A stretch of DNA of 64,000 nt. Source: a virus (lineage: Duplodnaviria; Heunggongvirae; Uroviricota; Caudoviricetes). Position numbers and translations under genes: made by a program. The stretch is from IMG/VR virus record IMGVR_UViG_3300049460_000121, positions 1 to 64,000 of that record. One strand, given 5' to 3'. Below are positions 41,609 to 52,118 of this stretch, piece by piece (positions within the stretch are counted from its first letter, which is position 1; each line of letters opens with the position of its first letter). The notes under the pieces are model-generated. The model did no database searches. It was given only the letters and a program-made list of their open reading frames with translations, and was not told the origin of the DNA.

Positions 41609-41769
41609 TTGGTTAACAGATTGAGGTAGTCAACCACAATCGGGCCTTTGAACTGGGGAGCCTGGTAATTAGGCATGCGGTCGTTCTTCAACTGCTGAGC
41701 AGTGATGATCGTGATACCGCGCATGGTCTTGCTAAGCTTACGTATCGTTTCCAACGTTTGTTGATTCAT
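41605..41769 (-). CDS. 54-aa protein with DnaB-like motifs (below the ORF-track cutoff)
   Basis: MNQQTLETIRKLSKTMRGITIITAQQL...IVVDYLNLLTK; AGGAG RBS; overlaps both neighbours (ATGA and GTGA). Confidence 0.6.
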   Translation of the reverse strand: MNQQTLETIRKLSKTMRGITIITAQQLKNDRMPNYQAPQFKGPIVVDYLNLLTK

Positions 41770-42422
41770 GAATGTACTCCTACCAGGGTGTCTAGGGATT
41801 GCGCCAATTCAGACCGGCCGATGTAGGCTCTAAGCGCCAAGTATTCATCGGGGTACCGTTCGGAAATGTACGACATTAGTTTTGCTTCGACTTGCTGTTG
41901 CAGATCAGGCGGGAAGTCAGCGCCACTTGGGCCAACAATGTCCAACGTGATCCAGCGCTCGACGTTACGGCTGCACGAAATGCACAGTTTGGCGTAACCG
42001 AGGGTGTAACCTTTCTCAACGGTCATCAGGTGGAGATCACCTTCAGGACCATCAAACTGCCAACAGTTGTTACGGACATCCTTCACGATTGCGTCAACCA
42101 TACGGCCACGGTCGTTCAGTTTGTCTTTGTAGACTAACATCACAGCTTCTGAGACGCGTCCTACGATGCCAAGATCGAGAAGAGCAGCCTCACACTCAAA
42201 CACCAACTCACGTTCCACCAAGAGCACTCCAAGGCGCTCATACACCTCTTCTGTCTTGTAGATCCCTTCCACCCGAATCTCTTCGAGTAAATCGCGGTAG
42301 TCGAACGGCTTAGCGACGATGTAATACTTGTACGTCAGCTTATCGTTCTCATCCTTCACTAGCACGTTGAGGATGTTCCCAAACTTTACAGTTGGGTTTT
42401 CAATTGACATCCGACCATGCAT
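41766..42422 (-). CDS. Hypothetical protein
   Basis: GGAGG RBS. Confidence 0.65.
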   Translation of the reverse strand: MHGRMSIENPTVKFGNILNVLVKDENDKLTYKYYIVAKPFDYRDLLEEIRVEGIYKTEEVYERLGVLLVERELVFECEAALLDLGIVGRVSEAVMLVYKDKLNDRGRMVDAIVKDVRNNCWQFDGPEGDLHLMTVEKGYTLGYAKLCISCSRNVERWITLDIVGPSGADFPPDLQQQVEAKLMSYISERYPDEYLALRAYIGRSELAQSLDTLVGVHS

Positions 42423-42546
42423 ACTTCCTCCGACTAACTCATTATCGATTCCTTTGTGGACAGTGACATAAATCGACTCCCTCCACCATCGGCAGAGGGG
42501 AGTCTTGCTACCGCTACTTCAGTACTCATGTTTGGTGTACACATGA

Positions 42547-42569
42547 GTAATGTATTACTTAAAATTTTA
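42547..42569 (-). promoter_or_regulatory. Putative early promoter (TAAA...AATACATTAC)
   Basis: Recurrent motif at the start of the accessory region. Confidence 0.55.
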
Positions 42570-43985
42570 CAGAGCATCGATTTGCGGAGTACCCGAAACA
42601 GAGCCACCTTTAGCCACGAAGGCTTTGAAATCAGGATCCTCACGATCCAGGAACACTTCGATCATGGACTTACACGCCATCGCCCGGTTAGGGGTTGGGC
42701 CTGTGCCTTGTAAGACGTACTGACTCTTACAGCCGGTCAGTGTCCCACTCATGATCTTGATCTCACCACCACTGTCGTAGTAGACCTCCACAGCCATCGT
42801 AGGGATCAACAGGTCTGGGTTGGAACGTTCCCAAGGCAGCAACATGAACTGACCTTGACGACGAGCCATCTTCGACGCTTCGACGTACGGGTTAGCGCTG
42901 AAGGTTTTCTCCGACCGCTTGGCGTAGTGCGCACCATTCCCCACCACAGTCGTTGCAAACTCACTGTTGTTGGTACTTCGGTTCATGGTGTACTTGTTAC
43001 CTTCGGCTTTACCCATGCCACCGATCAGATTGTTAGCGTCCGCAAACCGAGTGGCGTTACCTTCGGTGTTGAGGATGTCCAGCGAATCATTGAACAGCTT
43101 AGGTGCACCCGCAGACCACACCGAGATGCAACGGCCATCATCAGTCCAGGTCTTGTCAATCCCGCTAGTCGCCTGAGACGGTGCCATGAAGATCTGCAAG
43201 ACCCGTTTAGCTTTGTCGAGACGCTTGGTGTCGTATAACGGCCAGGCGTAGACGAACTGCTGCTGGATGTAGAAGCCCAAACCCGAGGAGTAGATGCCAC
43301 CCTTCTCGTTTTGCAGCAAGTCAGGCAGGTCCACGTACATGGTCCCGTCTTCCAGCACGATGTGGTCGCGTGGAGCCTTGTTGCTTGCCTCCTCCATCTG
43401 GAATCCACTGATCTTGGATTCCACTGGAACCTGAATGGAATTCAAGGCATTGTTGATCAACGTCTTGAGCACCATGTAGGGAGGAGTAGCCCGTACGATC
43501 GTACCGATCGACATCTTCCGCAACTGTGTCACCGCCACTTCCTCCAAGACAAACGTCAGCGTCAACGTCTTGGAGCGGTTAGCGGTCTCACGGTCTTTGA
43601 ACTGTGGAGCGGCTGAGATCTCAGGACCTCGTGGGAGGTCGTCAGTGAGGTAAGCGGTGTAAGTCCTGGCCTCGATGGCTCCAGCCCCCTCACCGCCACT
43701 GACGCCCGTCAGGATGTGCTTCTTAATGGTGATCGTGAGGTCATCCTGAAACGGAGCGATGTCAAAGATCGCTGTACCCGATCCGTACTGCAACGTGACC
43801 GAGTGATCGTCCATGTAAGCGACTTTGTAATCACGATCCACGTCCATGCGCATCGTTTGCAGAGGGTGGAGTTGTCGACCCCCTGCGTTGACGAAGATCT
43901 CGAGTTTGTAGTACGGACTACCAGGCTTGCCAGTGATCCGTCTCAGCTCCAACCCGAGAGCCGATGACTCAACTGCGACTGCCAT
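42567..43985 (-). CDS. Virion structural protein (phiKZ gp101-like, baseplate-hub type)
   Basis: RDY...Y.D, LP.LLQ...GGIYSSGLG.Y.Q, WPLYD pattern; synteny. Confidence 0.6.
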   Translation of the reverse strand: MAVAVESSALGLELRRITGKPGSPYYKLEIFVNAGGRQLHPLQTMRMDVDRDYKVAYMDDHSVTLQYGSGTAIFDIAPFQDDLTITIKKHILTGVSGGEGAGAIEARTYTAYLTDDLPRGPEISAAPQFKDRETANRSKTLTLTFVLEEVAVTQLRKMSIGTIVRATPPYMVLKTLINNALNSIQVPVESKISGFQMEEASNKAPRDHIVLEDGTMYVDLPDLLQNEKGGIYSSGLGFYIQQQFVYAWPLYDTKRLDKAKRVLQIFMAPSQATSGIDKTWTDDGRCISVWSAGAPKLFNDSLDILNTEGNATRFADANNLIGGMGKAEGNKYTMNRSTNNSEFATTVVGNGAHYAKRSEKTFSANPYVEASKMARRQGQFMLLPWERSNPDLLIPTMAVEVYYDSGGEIKIMSGTLTGCKSQYVLQGTGPTPNRAMACKSMIEVFLDREDPDFKAFVAKGGSVSGTPQIDAL

Positions 43986-44604
43986 GTTCTAAACTCTCCA
44001 AGTAGCGTTCGATGGCATCCATCCGAGTGACGGACTTCGGTGTGGCTTCTGGTGGCGCTGTACCTTCCTCCTGATGACCCTGGTTGAGACCAAAGCTGAA
44101 CGAAGGACGAACAGGCATAGCGCTGTGCATCGAGCTGGACACCACCATGGAGTCGATGTCTTTGTTGAACTCTTTAGCCCATGGCCGAATGACCGTGGCG
44201 AACTCGGACATGTTCTTGAAGTCTTCAGGATCTGGAGCGACGTACGTGATGTTCGTCCGCATCTCGGCCAAGTGGAACTCCAGGTGGTCGACGATACGCT
44301 TGTACGCGTCAGCCGCTACCTTGTGGGTAGGGAAGCTGATGGAGGCGCCGTCTGCGAACAGATCGACGATCTCCATGATGGTCCCACCCGTCGGGATCAT
44401 CTCACCAGTCAGACGAGTCATGTCGTCGTCACTGCCGTCAGAGACGATGGAGATGTTCAGGGTCTTGTTACGAGCCCTGAAACTGACGTGGTCCAGATTG
44501 AACAGGACTTGGTAGTCCTTGTCGAACAGGAAGTACGCTGTCGACTTTGCACGGACCTTCTTAGGCGGAGCCTTATGAAAGCCAGACCGTTGGATGGGCA
44601 TCGA
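43969..44604 (-). CDS. Conserved phiKZ-type hypothetical protein (gp100-like)
   Basis: TAY.LF, I..HL, P.PEDF..M.EFA pattern; synteny; start approximate. Confidence 0.55.
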   Translation of the reverse strand, partial: SMPIQRSGFHKAPPKKVRAKSTAYFLFDKDYQVLFNLDHVSFRARNKTLNISIVSDGSDDDMTRLTGEMIPTGGTIMEIVDLFADGASISFPTHKVAADAYKRIVDHLEFHLAEMRTNITYVAPDPEDFKNMSEFATVIRPWAKEFNKDIDSMVVSSSMHSAMPVRPSFSFGLNQGHQEEGTAPPEATPKSVTRMDAIERYLESLEHGSRS

Positions 44605-44609
44605 TTGCA

Positions 44610-45965
44610 TCAGAGAACCCCAGGGGCTAATTTGATCAATGCCAAGATCACGGGGATGTAGTAGAAGCGTTCCAGGTTAGGAAACCGTGGAGCTTCCTCT
44701 GCCACACGCAAGAGGTCTTGGAGATCGGTGGATTCGGTATCGAGGCGGTCGTAGAGCAACCGTTCAAGGATACTCTTGTTACCGCCATCGTCGTAGAACT
44801 CATCACTGAAGATGTAGTTCTTGTCTTTGAGGACAGGATGGATCAGAGGAATCTCGCGAACACTGACCTCAGTGCCCTGCGTCAAGTCCAGGTGTGGCAG
44901 GAGGGCGTTCATGGTACCGCTACGCACGCCAGCTTCGATGAAGTCTTCCTGCCCATGCGCCAACTCAAGCTCAGAGTCAATGCTGAACGGAACGTCCCGC
45001 ATCGTCACCACTTGCTTAATGCCGCTGAAGTAGATCGAGTTCATCATCGGACGAGCACGGAAGGAATGGATGTCGCTGATTCCCCCGTAACGCGAAACGC
45101 TGGACAGCAAAGAGATGTCCATCCGCATGATTGCATCGAATAACGAGTACTGGTTAGAAAATACATCGTTCTGCACGCCGAGCTCAGTAATCTGCAACAC
45201 CAGCGGGAAGGAACGACTGTCCACGGTCGCACGAATGAAGCGCGTCATGTACGGATCGTAGGTCGGTACCAGTTGGCCAGGTACGCACAGGGTCTTGAAC
45301 TCGGTAGCGTAGAAGTCACGCAGGTACAGATGCGCCAGACGTTCGTAAGCACGACCCAGACGGCGGATGACATCCACCTCTTCTTCACGGATCAGGCATT
45401 GAATGCCGTTGCGCATGTTCTCACGGTCGAAGATGAAGGTGGCTACCGTCTTCTTCTTGAGACCGGCCATGACTTCGGCAGTGATATTGCGCGTGGCGCG
45501 GTAACTGATCTCTGTCCCGGATTCAGGATAGATGGTGTTACGTTTGGCTTCAGTCACCTGGAACAGTGCAGACGTCCCATTACCGATGTCGGCAATAAAG
45601 ATGTCACCCAAGTTCGGTGTCATCGGACTGTAGACCATGGAAGAGCCCGTAGACTCCCAACCACGACTGTCCTCAGCGTTCTGGCTGTGGGACAGTGGTT
45701 GTGTCACCACCAATTCCCAACCACGGATCAGGTGTAGTTGTTGCAAGGCCGCCAGCAAGTCATCCTGATAGGACGCTGCTGCGTTATCGCGCAGTTGGAC
45801 CTGGTTGTAGAAGTCAACAACCATGCGTTGGCCAGATGGGAACAAGGCCAGGGTGTCGTAACTCACCTTGCGGGTATCAACCACTGGCGATTGGTAGGTC
45901 TCTTCGTGCTTCTTGAGGTTCGGTACATCGGGCGCTTTGGCCACAGGTACTGTTGGAAGTGGCAT
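44610..45965 (-). CDS. Virion structural protein (gp99-like)
   Basis: PN.GD.FIADIG.G, YDPY, LERFYYIP pattern; GGAG RBS. Confidence 0.65.
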   Translation of the reverse strand: MPLPTVPVAKAPDVPNLKKHEETYQSPVVDTRKVSYDTLALFPSGQRMVVDFYNQVQLRDNAAASYQDDLLAALQQLHLIRGWELVVTQPLSHSQNAEDSRGWESTGSSMVYSPMTPNLGDIFIADIGNGTSALFQVTEAKRNTIYPESGTEISYRATRNITAEVMAGLKKKTVATFIFDRENMRNGIQCLIREEEVDVIRRLGRAYERLAHLYLRDFYATEFKTLCVPGQLVPTYDPYMTRFIRATVDSRSFPLVLQITELGVQNDVFSNQYSLFDAIMRMDISLLSSVSRYGGISDIHSFRARPMMNSIYFSGIKQVVTMRDVPFSIDSELELAHGQEDFIEAGVRSGTMNALLPHLDLTQGTEVSVREIPLIHPVLKDKNYIFSDEFYDDGGNKSILERLLYDRLDTESTDLQDLLRVAEEAPRFPNLERFYYIPVILALIKLAPGVL

Positions 45966-46097
45966 AACTGACTCCAAGTTAGCCATCCCAATGGATATAC
46001 CGAGCGATATACCCACTGAGACGCTCTGTAATGACGCACACAGCACGTTCTCTATAAAGACAAACGCATGTATACCTTTCGGCTAACAGCGCTGGTA

Positions 46098-47990
46098 TCA
46101 GCGCAGGGCCATGATGGAGAGGAACTGCACGTAATGAGGTCCACCGTTGGTACGGCTACGCACTCCTGGATCGGTGATGTCAACCCAACCAGGAGGATGA
46201 GGACCTACGCCACTACCGTCATTAGGCCAACCGCCATTGCCGGTGTTACCGCCTGGACGTGTATCGACCCAGTTACCGTCTTCGTCCCAATAGCCTGGAC
46301 TACCCCCGCCACCAGAACCATCCGGATTGCTGATCCCGCCATCGGACATATTCACTCGCCAGTTGCTACCGGTGTACAGACTCGGGTCACGAGGACCGTA
46401 CTGTTTAACCGCCGAGGCAAACTGCCCGCCCGCATTTCTCCCTACACCCGACAGACCACCCCGCCATCGATTGTCAATACCGCCTGGACCTTCGTAGCGA
46501 TGTCCACCCTGGTTAAACATGCCGTAACCATGAGCCATGATGAACTGGAAGAACCAGACCAGGTAGTTGGTCACGATGAACTTGCCATCGATCAACCGAC
46601 GCACTGCCCATTCGACGTCCAATGGAGGTACGACTGTTTGGAACAGCAGTAACGTCGCGATTGGGTTGGTCTTCATGTCCATGATGGCATCAGGCACGAA
46701 CAGACTGTAGTTGGTCACGAACGACATGCGCAGGTGATAGGTCCGACGCAAGTCCAGAGGCTTGGTGGTTCGAACACGCAGGTGCTCATCGATCACCAGG
46801 ATCTCTTGCGCCATGGCGGTGTCGTCACAGAACAGCGTGAACAACACCGGAGACTGACCTTTGACGGTAAGCTTCTGTGGAGCCTGTCTGAACAGCGTGT
46901 CGATTTCCTGGATGAACGTCATGTCTGGTAAGGCAGACAGGTCCAGGATGTCTTGTGGGTCGGTAGGATCGAGTACAATCATCCAGCTGATGATTGGAAT
47001 CGAGTAGACCGGTTGTGCGCTCTTCGGTGGAATCCATTCGTCGTAGTACGGCACACGCAAACCGCCCGTCGGAGCAGGATAGTAGTTCACCCACTCATTC
47101 ATGGTGTCGAGCGCCTTGATCCCGATCGATCCATTCTTGTCGAGTTCTTCTACAGAGAACTTGGCAGTCGAATCGAAGAAGTCAGCACCGACGTGTTGTT
47201 GATGGACGACCAACGGGTAAGCGAAGTACAGATGAGTGCAGCGATCGTATTGCAGCTGATAGCTGAATTCGATTTCCCACGTCGAGTTACCGGCCATCTT
47301 CCGTTCCTTCGGGATGTCGGTGAAGTCGAAGTAACCGGTGATTGCTACCTGCTTCTGTTTGACCATCATGTTCAATGTGTCTTGACGACCATCGACAGTA
47401 CCGATCAAGTGGAACGGTACACACTGGCAGGACTTGAACCACTCGGCGAACGTTTCACCGTAACCGGCAATCCCTTCCCGCAGTTCGTGGATGTGAGCCA
47501 ACGTCCCGAGCGTGCCATCAGCAATCGGGATGTCGTATTCGATCTCATGGGTGATGGACGTGCGGTTCTGCTTACGCTTGACCGCCATCTCGTCACGCCA
47601 ACGAATAGCTTCCTGTCTGGTAGCACAGGTGTACTTGAATGACAACACCAGGTCCGAAGTGACGAACACTGGACGGAGCGACAGACCCAGACGACGATCC
47701 TCGTAGAACGGAGGTTGTTCGTTGTCCATGACACTGCCAGTCAACATCGAGTCATTCTTGATGCTGTCATCAGCCACCACCACAAGGCGGCGGTCAGACG
47801 ACCAACGGATCTCTTGAGTTTCTCCGAGGGCGGTACCAGGCTGGTTGACTTGTTCAAACTCACCGGGCATGTACAGGGGAGTCTTCTGGTCAATATCGCA
47901 GATGCGCATTACATCGCGCGCAATCGACATGGCCACAGGACGTGTGATGTTTTCGTAATTGGTCGTTAAACCCAACGTGATCCGGGGCAT
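46098..47990 (-). CDS. Virion structural protein (gp98-like) with Gly-rich C-terminus
   Basis: ITRPV, YP.VVH.Q, P.YDEW, LDLR..YHLR pattern; AAGGA RBS. Confidence 0.65.
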   Translation of the reverse strand: MPRITLGLTTNYENITRPVAMSIARDVMRICDIDQKTPLYMPGEFEQVNQPGTALGETQEIRWSSDRRLVVVADDSIKNDSMLTGSVMDNEQPPFYEDRRLGLSLRPVFVTSDLVLSFKYTCATRQEAIRWRDEMAVKRKQNRTSITHEIEYDIPIADGTLGTLAHIHELREGIAGYGETFAEWFKSCQCVPFHLIGTVDGRQDTLNMMVKQKQVAITGYFDFTDIPKERKMAGNSTWEIEFSYQLQYDRCTHLYFAYPLVVHQQHVGADFFDSTAKFSVEELDKNGSIGIKALDTMNEWVNYYPAPTGGLRVPYYDEWIPPKSAQPVYSIPIISWMIVLDPTDPQDILDLSALPDMTFIQEIDTLFRQAPQKLTVKGQSPVLFTLFCDDTAMAQEILVIDEHLRVRTTKPLDLRRTYHLRMSFVTNYSLFVPDAIMDMKTNPIATLLLFQTVVPPLDVEWAVRRLIDGKFIVTNYLVWFFQFIMAHGYGMFNQGGHRYEGPGGIDNRWRGGLSGVGRNAGGQFASAVKQYGPRDPSLYTGSNWRVNMSDGGISNPDGSGGGGSPGYWDEDGNWVDTRPGGNTGNGGWPNDGSGVGPHPPGWVDITDPGVRSRTNGGPHYVQFLSIMALR

Positions 47991-48019
47991 GGATAATTGT
48001 CCTTGGTAGAAACGATACA

Positions 48020-48053
48020 CAGCATAAAACGGAGGCGGGCAACCCACCTCCGT
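48020..48053 (-). terminator. Terminator (hairpin + TTTATGCTG)
   Basis: ACGGAGGTGGG/CCCGCCTCCGT stem. Confidence 0.7.
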
Positions 48054-48066
48054 CTCATGGGCGTTA

Positions 48067-49395
48067 TCAGTCTTGGATGACCGATTCTTCAGCCAAGGTC
48101 AACACGCTGGAAGCAGCGTACAGAGTACGGGCAACCAGAACGTTGATGGTCCAAGACAAGCCGTTGATGACTTCAACGATCTCGTACTCGGTTTCCATGA
48201 CACGGCCGATGGTGCTGGTGGTTTCAGTCACGGTGGTGTAAGACGGACGACCGTCAGCATCAACGGTTTGTTGTTGCATCTCGCGATCGATCTGATACTT
48301 CGAACCGACACGCTCAACAGCGGTTTCAGCCGCCTTCAGAACGCGCATGGATTCTTTCTCGATACCACGGATGGTAGCAACGGCGCTGTCCAACAGCACG
48401 TCGATAGCATCCAGGTACGCAGACACCTGTTCTGGAGTCAGAGACTTCAGAGGCACAGCGTTCTTGGCCACCATGTCAGCGCTTGGCGAGGTGTCACGGA
48501 AAGTGACGATCATGTAATCGCCGTCATCTGGTTCGGTCATCAGCGACTTATTGCCCAGCAAGTGGGCAGGTTGCAACTTGATCGCCGCTTCCAGCTGTTC
48601 CAACACCTTGCCGAGGTCAGCACGGAACATGGCCGATGCAGGACGGTCAGTGCCCAGCAGTTGATCCAGACGGCTCGACAGGATGGACTCGATACCACCT
48701 TGAGCGCCCAGCAGGATTTGAGCCAGCTGAGTGTTCAGGGAAGCTTCGGATGCCATGGCTGCCAATGGATCAGTTGCGAAGCCATCACCTTGTACCAGGC
48801 CCGCTGCGTACTTGCCGAGTTTCAGTTCCTTGCCACCAGACCCTTTGCGGGAACCGATGCGAGCACGGATGCTGTTCAGGCGTTTGCGCAGACGCTCAAC
48901 GGTTACGAACAGGCGCCGCCACCACAGAGCGATGCGAGCAAAGAAGTTCTTCACCGACGCTTTGAAGGAAGAGGCTGCCTGACCAACCCAATCGCGCAGG
49001 GAGTCGATGGACTCCAAGGAGATCTGACCGTTGAGCTCCTGGTTCAGACGAGGAACTTCCACATCCAGGATACGTCGGATGGATTCGAGCGAAGCGTTGG
49101 CGATTGGCACGAAAGCGTCAGCCGATACTGCGTCAACAGCCGGAGCTGCATCAACGATCGACATGACAGCGCCCACGCCGCTGTTGATGGCGTCGGAACC
49201 AACGGCCGGTGCGTCAGCTTCGATCAGGCACTGAAGCTCTTCGTCGACTTCGTTGCGGTCTTCACGGATCTCGAGGATGGTTTCAGAGTCCATCGGAAGA
49301 TCGTTGGAGAGTTCGGTAGGAGCGGCCACCACTGCCGATTCAAAGCTGGCACTGCCCGCCATGAAAGATTTGAAGTCTGCTGCAAGTTTAGACAT
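48067..49395 (-). CDS. Head/inner-body paralogue
   Basis: SFE and two SLE motifs; amphipathic helix; KGSGGKELKLG linker. Confidence 0.75.
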   Translation of the reverse strand: MSKLAADFKSFMAGSASFESAVVAAPTELSNDLPMDSETILEIREDRNEVDEELQCLIEADAPAVGSDAINSGVGAVMSIVDAAPAVDAVSADAFVPIANASLESIRRILDVEVPRLNQELNGQISLESIDSLRDWVGQAASSFKASVKNFFARIALWWRRLFVTVERLRKRLNSIRARIGSRKGSGGKELKLGKYAAGLVQGDGFATDPLAAMASEASLNTQLAQILLGAQGGIESILSSRLDQLLGTDRPASAMFRADLGKVLEQLEAAIKLQPAHLLGNKSLMTEPDDGDYMIVTFRDTSPSADMVAKNAVPLKSLTPEQVSAYLDAIDVLLDSAVATIRGIEKESMRVLKAAETAVERVGSKYQIDREMQQQTVDADGRPSYTTVTETTSTIGRVMETEYEIVEVINGLSWTINVLVARTLYAASSVLTLAEESVIQD

Positions 49396-49399
49396 GGGA

Positions 49400-50581
49400 T
49401 TACCTTTGAGCTTTCAATGAAGAATGGCAGTAGTGAAGGACCGCCTTACATACCGAGATTGCATCGTTGCCCAGAGGGCGACTGATGTTTGTTGTCCAGT
49501 ACATCAACGCGTTGACCGTCTTACGAATGTAATCGCGATCACCTGCGCTCATCGCACCGTCTGAAGCAATGCGCATGCTGAAGTTTTCAGCCACGCTCTT
49601 CGCACGCTTGATCTTAGCGAGCGTTGTACTGTTACTTGCCCGACTGATTGCACCCAGGATCTCGACCAGGATCTCTGGCATCTTGACGATGTCGAGAGGA
49701 CCCAAGGTATCGAAGTCGCGTTGTGCGGCGTAGGTGAATTGCTCAATCGTGGAATCCGAATACACGAACCCATGGAAGCGCAACCCCACCGTACCCTTAT
49801 CACGCAAGTCCGATTGGAACAGGTACACCGTCTTACCGCCGATCAGCGGTGAAGTGCCCTGCACACCGTCGCGCCTGAAACGTTCGCGGGGAACAGGCTT
49901 CATGTTCAGTCGATTAGCGAGCCGTTGGAAGGGAATGGTTTCGACGATGTCAATACAAGCCGTCTTCTTATCCTCACCCGTCACCACGGTTGGCATCTTG
50001 TCCAAAGCACGCAACACGTCATTAGGCAGGTCGCCGAATGTCACGTTACATACGTTCAACAAAATCCGCAGTTCGTGTTCCATACGGATCGAGTCGGACA
50101 TGTAGTTGTGTCCGCGACGCAGATAACGGTGCAGACGGTTCAGGGTAACGAAGGGTTTATCCACCGTACGACCCCGAGCAGCAATGGCAGCCTTCTGCAT
50201 CATGAAAGCACGACGACGCAGGATGGTCACCATGATGTCGATCTCCGACATCCACTGCATGAAGCGTTTGAAGAACTCAGCGATTGCTCGACCGATAGCC
50301 TTGGCCACAGAGACCAACGCGTTCTCACTGGCTTCGAAACTCATGTCCACACTTTCAAGACTGATGTCCGTGCCTTCAACCGCCAGACGATAGACGTCAG
50401 TGGAAGCTTCACGGAACTCATGGTCTGTCATGTCTGGTTTAGCCAACACGAGGTGGGACAGAGCGTCGTGGGTGTCCAGCAAACGGACCACTGCCTCGAA
50501 ACTCTCGTCAACCAACCGGTCGTGTTCTCGTAACACGTCTACCGACTCATCGTCGTCGATAGTTTCAAGTTCTGACTCCAT
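49400..50581 (-). CDS. Head/inner-body paralogue
   Basis: SFE, SLE, SFE motifs; helix AIGRAIAEFFKRF. Confidence 0.7.
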   Translation of the reverse strand: MESELETIDDDESVDVLREHDRLVDESFEAVVRLLDTHDALSHLVLAKPDMTDHEFREASTDVYRLAVEGTDISLESVDMSFEASENALVSVAKAIGRAIAEFFKRFMQWMSEIDIMVTILRRRAFMMQKAAIAARGRTVDKPFVTLNRLHRYLRRGHNYMSDSIRMEHELRILLNVCNVTFGDLPNDVLRALDKMPTVVTGEDKKTACIDIVETIPFQRLANRLNMKPVPRERFRRDGVQGTSPLIGGKTVYLFQSDLRDKGTVGLRFHGFVYSDSTIEQFTYAAQRDFDTLGPLDIVKMPEILVEILGAISRASNSTTLAKIKRAKSVAENFSMRIASDGAMSAGDRDYIRKTVNALMYWTTNISRPLGNDAISVCKAVLHYCHSSLKAQR

Positions 50582-50621
50582 ATCCTCACCACTGGTAGGT
50601 TAAGCTATATGATTCAGGAAA

Positions 50622-50648
50622 CAGCATAAAGGAGGACCGAAGTCCTCC
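50622..50648 (-). terminator. Terminator (UUCG hairpin + TTTATGCTG)
   Basis: GGAGGAC ttcg GTCCTCC. Confidence 0.75.
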
Positions 50649-50668
50649 CCTACACTAATTGCCGTACA

Positions 50669-52006
50669 TCAGACTACAGCGACGCCAGTACCTGGCTCCT
50701 TGTCTTCTTTTGTAGCAGCAGCTGCGCCTTTGTGCTTGGCAGCCGAGGCCATGCCCAGGCTGTAAGCTTGCTTGGCAACAGTGCCCATGAAGGCCACGTA
50801 TTGCGGAGCGTAGGAGGACACCTGCTTGACCAGGGACTGAGCAGTGCTGAAGAGTTTCTTCGCTTCTGCTTGGTCAGCTGCGTCGCCCGACTTGTCTGCG
50901 CCTTTCTTCGCAGCGTCGATTACCGCGTGTGCTTGGCGAACGGATTCGCTGCTGTCGGTAGCGATCTTTTCCATCAATGCGCCGATGGATTCCAGCTTGC
51001 CACCCAATGCCACGATCTGAGGACCGGTCAGTGGAGTGAAGTCTTCGCCGGCCTTAGGCGATTCGCCTTTGGTGATTGCGAACTTCGCTTTCAGTACGCC
51101 GTCGAGACCGCCGCCTTCGCCTGGAGAGAACTTGATGGCGTAGCCGCCGGTCAGGTCGTGATCCTGCTTGTGCAGTTTGGTGTCGATGGTGCGAGCGAAC
51201 GCGCCGATGGTGCCAGCGTCTGCTTTGCTCAGCGCGTTGACGATACCGGTGCTGATAGCACGCAGCTCTTTGGTCACGGTCAGTACGCCAGAGGTCCAAC
51301 CGGACTCTACGGCAGACAGCGCGTGATCAGGATCGACCTTACCGCCAACGACCAGGGCGCTGTAGGACGAACCTTTCAGCTTGCCAGTGGCTTCGCCGCT
51401 TACGCCTTTACCCACGCCTTTCAGCTTGGCACCGGAAGCCTTGACGGCCTTGGCGGATTTGCCGATGGTGTTGACCCAGTTGGTCAGGCGAGTGATCGCG
51501 CCCAGGACGGCAGTCTTCAACACGTTCCAGATGCGGGTCAGAATGTTGCCAGTCTTTTCCTTCGCTTCCGGAGCGGCGTCTTTGGCACCGTCGTGGCCGA
51601 TGGCCAGGGCTTCGAACGAGGCTTGTGCTGCCATCAGGTCGTCAGCGAACAACTCTTTCGGAATTTCACGGGCTTCCAGGGAAACCGCGACGCCTTGCAG
51701 GAACAGCTGCGATGCAGCACCGTCCAGAGGAATGCCGCGAGCTTCGAAGGATTCCAGTTGCAGCATGAACGATTCCATCGATTCGGTCGCGTCAACGAGC
51801 TTCTGCGCGCCAGCGTTCGATTTGTTCAGCTTGATGACTTCCTGAGCGGTTTCTTCGAGGGCTTCCTCGAGGTCACTGCGGGTGTCATCAGTCACAACGG
51901 TCAGCTCGGTAGCACCGGCATCGTTGAGTTCGTTGGTAGGGGCGATGACAGCGACAGCTTCGCCAGACTCCACCGCGTAATCCATCAAGGCTTGGCCGAG
52001 ATCCAT
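50669..52006 (-). CDS. Major head/inner-body paralogue (gp93-like)
   Basis: AVE, SME, SFE, SLE motifs; strong codon bias; GGAG RBS. Confidence 0.75.
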   Translation of the reverse strand: MDLGQALMDYAVESGEAVAVIAPTNELNDAGATELTVVTDDTRSDLEEALEETAQEVIKLNKSNAGAQKLVDATESMESFMLQLESFEARGIPLDGAASQLFLQGVAVSLEAREIPKELFADDLMAAQASFEALAIGHDGAKDAAPEAKEKTGNILTRIWNVLKTAVLGAITRLTNWVNTIGKSAKAVKASGAKLKGVGKGVSGEATGKLKGSSYSALVVGGKVDPDHALSAVESGWTSGVLTVTKELRAISTGIVNALSKADAGTIGAFARTIDTKLHKQDHDLTGGYAIKFSPGEGGGLDGVLKAKFAITKGESPKAGEDFTPLTGPQIVALGGKLESIGALMEKIATDSSESVRQAHAVIDAAKKGADKSGDAADQAEAKKLFSTAQSLVKQVSSYAPQYVAFMGTVAKQAYSLGMASAAKHKGAAAATKEDKEPGTGVAVV

Positions 52007-52118
52007 AATGAGACTCCAGGTTCTATTGGTTGTGCGGGGAAAGAGCTCCCCCGCAGTACACATGGTTACGTCTTGCGGCGTAAGGTATTCATACTAACTA
52101 CCTCACGCACTCCAGCTA

